Source: Lama guanicoe (lineage: Eukaryota). Taken from it: a stretch of DNA of 64,000 nucleotides. The translations under genes were made by a program, and so were the position numbers. The notes under the pieces are model-generated. The model was not told where the DNA came from. It worked only from the letters and a program-made list of their open reading frames with translations, and made no database searches. This document shows, one piece after another, positions 62,724-64,000 of this stretch. Location: NCBI GenBank assembly GCA_013239625.1, contig MU053881.1, positions 6,099,957-6,163,956 of the forward strand, read 5' to 3'. The first letter of the stretch is position 1; each line of letters starts with the position of its first letter.

Positions 62724-62830
62724 CTGTGGAACCTTGCTACCACTTCCAGGGGCAGAACGCTTTCCAGATATACTTAGGAGTTTCACATCCTCCTCTTCTT
62801 CATCTTCTGACTCTGCATCTTCCTCCACAG
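62724..62830 (-). CDS. NPM1: NPM1 exon 5 ([36 protein letters not shown])
   Basis: Acceptor tttag, donor gtatag; 107 nt; acidic tract. Confidence 0.97.
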
Positions 62831-63165
62831 CTAAAATAAAATCCTTTATCAGCCAAAACTAAAACTCAACCAATAGCAAGAACTCAGAAGAAAAGGGCAT
62901 TGTTAACATACAGTGATGAGCACTTAAAAACTGAGATTCTATTAGAATCAGAAAATAGAAAACAAAAATTTTTAAGAAGAATTTTGGGAGCTAATACTAG
63001 GTTTTACATGCAAAACACCCAGCTTTTTTAGTTATAATTTACTAGATGCCCATTTGAATCTATTACAGACAGTTGTACTAGAACTAAGCATACTTTATAA
63101 AGTACAAACTGGGAACAGAGCAACTGCATGAAGAATAAACAGCATAACACATAAAAGTAACATAC

Positions 63166-63259
63166 CTACTAAGTGCTGTCCACTAATATGCACAGGCCCT
63201 GAACCACACTTCAACCGTAAGACCACAGGTGGTGTTATTTCAAAGCCCCCAAGAGAAAC
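63166..63259 (-). CDS. NPM1: NPM1 exon 4 ([31 protein letters not shown])
   Basis: Poly-T acceptor ttcag, donor gtatg; 94 nt. Confidence 0.98.
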
Positions 63260-63606
63260 CTGAAAAAAAAAAAGAAAAAAACTTTTAAATCACTAAATAT
63301 TGTGAAGAAAATAAAAGGTTACGTTTGGTAAAAAACCTGTTCATAATTTTAAAATGTCTCTGAACAAGAAAACTCATCAGCCAATGAACTAGTGAACTTG
63401 TTTTTCCACCTCTGATAAACAAGCAGCTACCACCATGTTCAGGAGTTTATCAGTCAATCCATAGTGACAGAAGATGCAACAAGTGACTACTAGAAAAACC
63501 AAACCAAATTTTATTTCCTTGGTGTAATCTAAATGACACCCACCTTAATTAACAATTAACAAAATTAGACTTTGACATAAAATCCAAAGTATGAAAGTGT
63601 CCTTAC

Positions 63607-63726
63607 TGTTGGCTGTACAGACATTTTCAAAGTCGCCAGTGTTACTTTAATTGGACTGCCTTCGTAATTCATTGCCTCTGCTTCAACAATGTGCAATTCA
63701 TCCTTTGCACCAGCCCCTAAACTGAC
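63607..63726 (-). CDS. NPM1: NPM1 exon 3 ([40 protein letters not shown])
   Basis: Acceptor cacag, donor gtaagg; 120 nt; nucleoplasmin core domain. Confidence 0.98.
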
Positions 63727-64000
63727 CTGTGAACAGAAAAACAGTAATTCAACTTGAGCTTCCACTATTTTACAATGCCCCCCAATTCCGCTGTTTTTTA
63801 AAAAGCTGGACAGCTATAAACCTTTCATTATTACCACTGATAAAAAACTGATTTAAGCACAATGTTGTCTTCAAGTTTTATGTGACTGCGACAATTCCTC
63901 ACATTCAGCAAATTTGAATAAAAATACATTTGATGACATAAATATTTATGTCATCACCTATTCATAGTATAAATTACCTAACATTTATTGGCCACCTACA

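Noticed and set aside
54307..63726. NPM1 as a processed pseudogene or NPM1c-type mutant
   Set aside because: Introns with canonical GT-AG, intact frame, synteny with FGF18 and a wild-type DLWQWRKSL C-terminus indicate the functional parent gene
63905..63957. Possible intronic C/D snoRNA (GTGATGA ... CTGA on the minus strand)
   Set aside because: Only 53 nt from box C to box D, no terminal stem, and box C is sequestered in the palindrome; would need a snoscan or Rfam hit
1..64000. CRISPR arrays, rRNA/tRNA genes, prokaryotic operons or defence systems, intact retroviral or L1 ORFs
   Set aside because: None seen; the sequence is intron-containing mammalian DNA and all transposon copies are fragmentary

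Overview
This is mammalian genomic DNA, most likely a camelid-like cetartiodactyl judging from its repeat content. It carries the conserved NPM1-FGF18 gene pair, both on the minus strand. FGF18 is complete: five coding exons (45687-45656, 45484-45448, 32004-31824, 20193-20087, 13230-12964) total 624 nt, or 207 aa plus stop, with all introns GT-AG. It has a CpG-island promoter with a TCF/LEF site, a leader holding uORFs and a (CAG)4(CGG)9 repeat, an intronic CpG island with a 129-N gap, and an AU-rich 3'UTR. NPM1 exons 3-12 lie at 63726-54307, including the alternative terminal exon 10 (B23.2, ...AH*); exons 1-2 are beyond the window. The rest is ancient repeats (MIR, L2, L1M, MLT1, MER elements), one younger L1 3' insertion with a target-site duplication, and a probable 3'UTR-only retrocopy between the genes. 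No new gene system is evident. The best leads are a spliced overlapping uORF of FGF18 that reads the triplet repeat as polyQ/polyR, a retrocopy that places extra poly(A) signals between NPM1 and the FGF18 promoter, CTCF motifs, and an intronic TCF-RUNX composite site. Repeat family names and human comparisons come from recall, not from searches.
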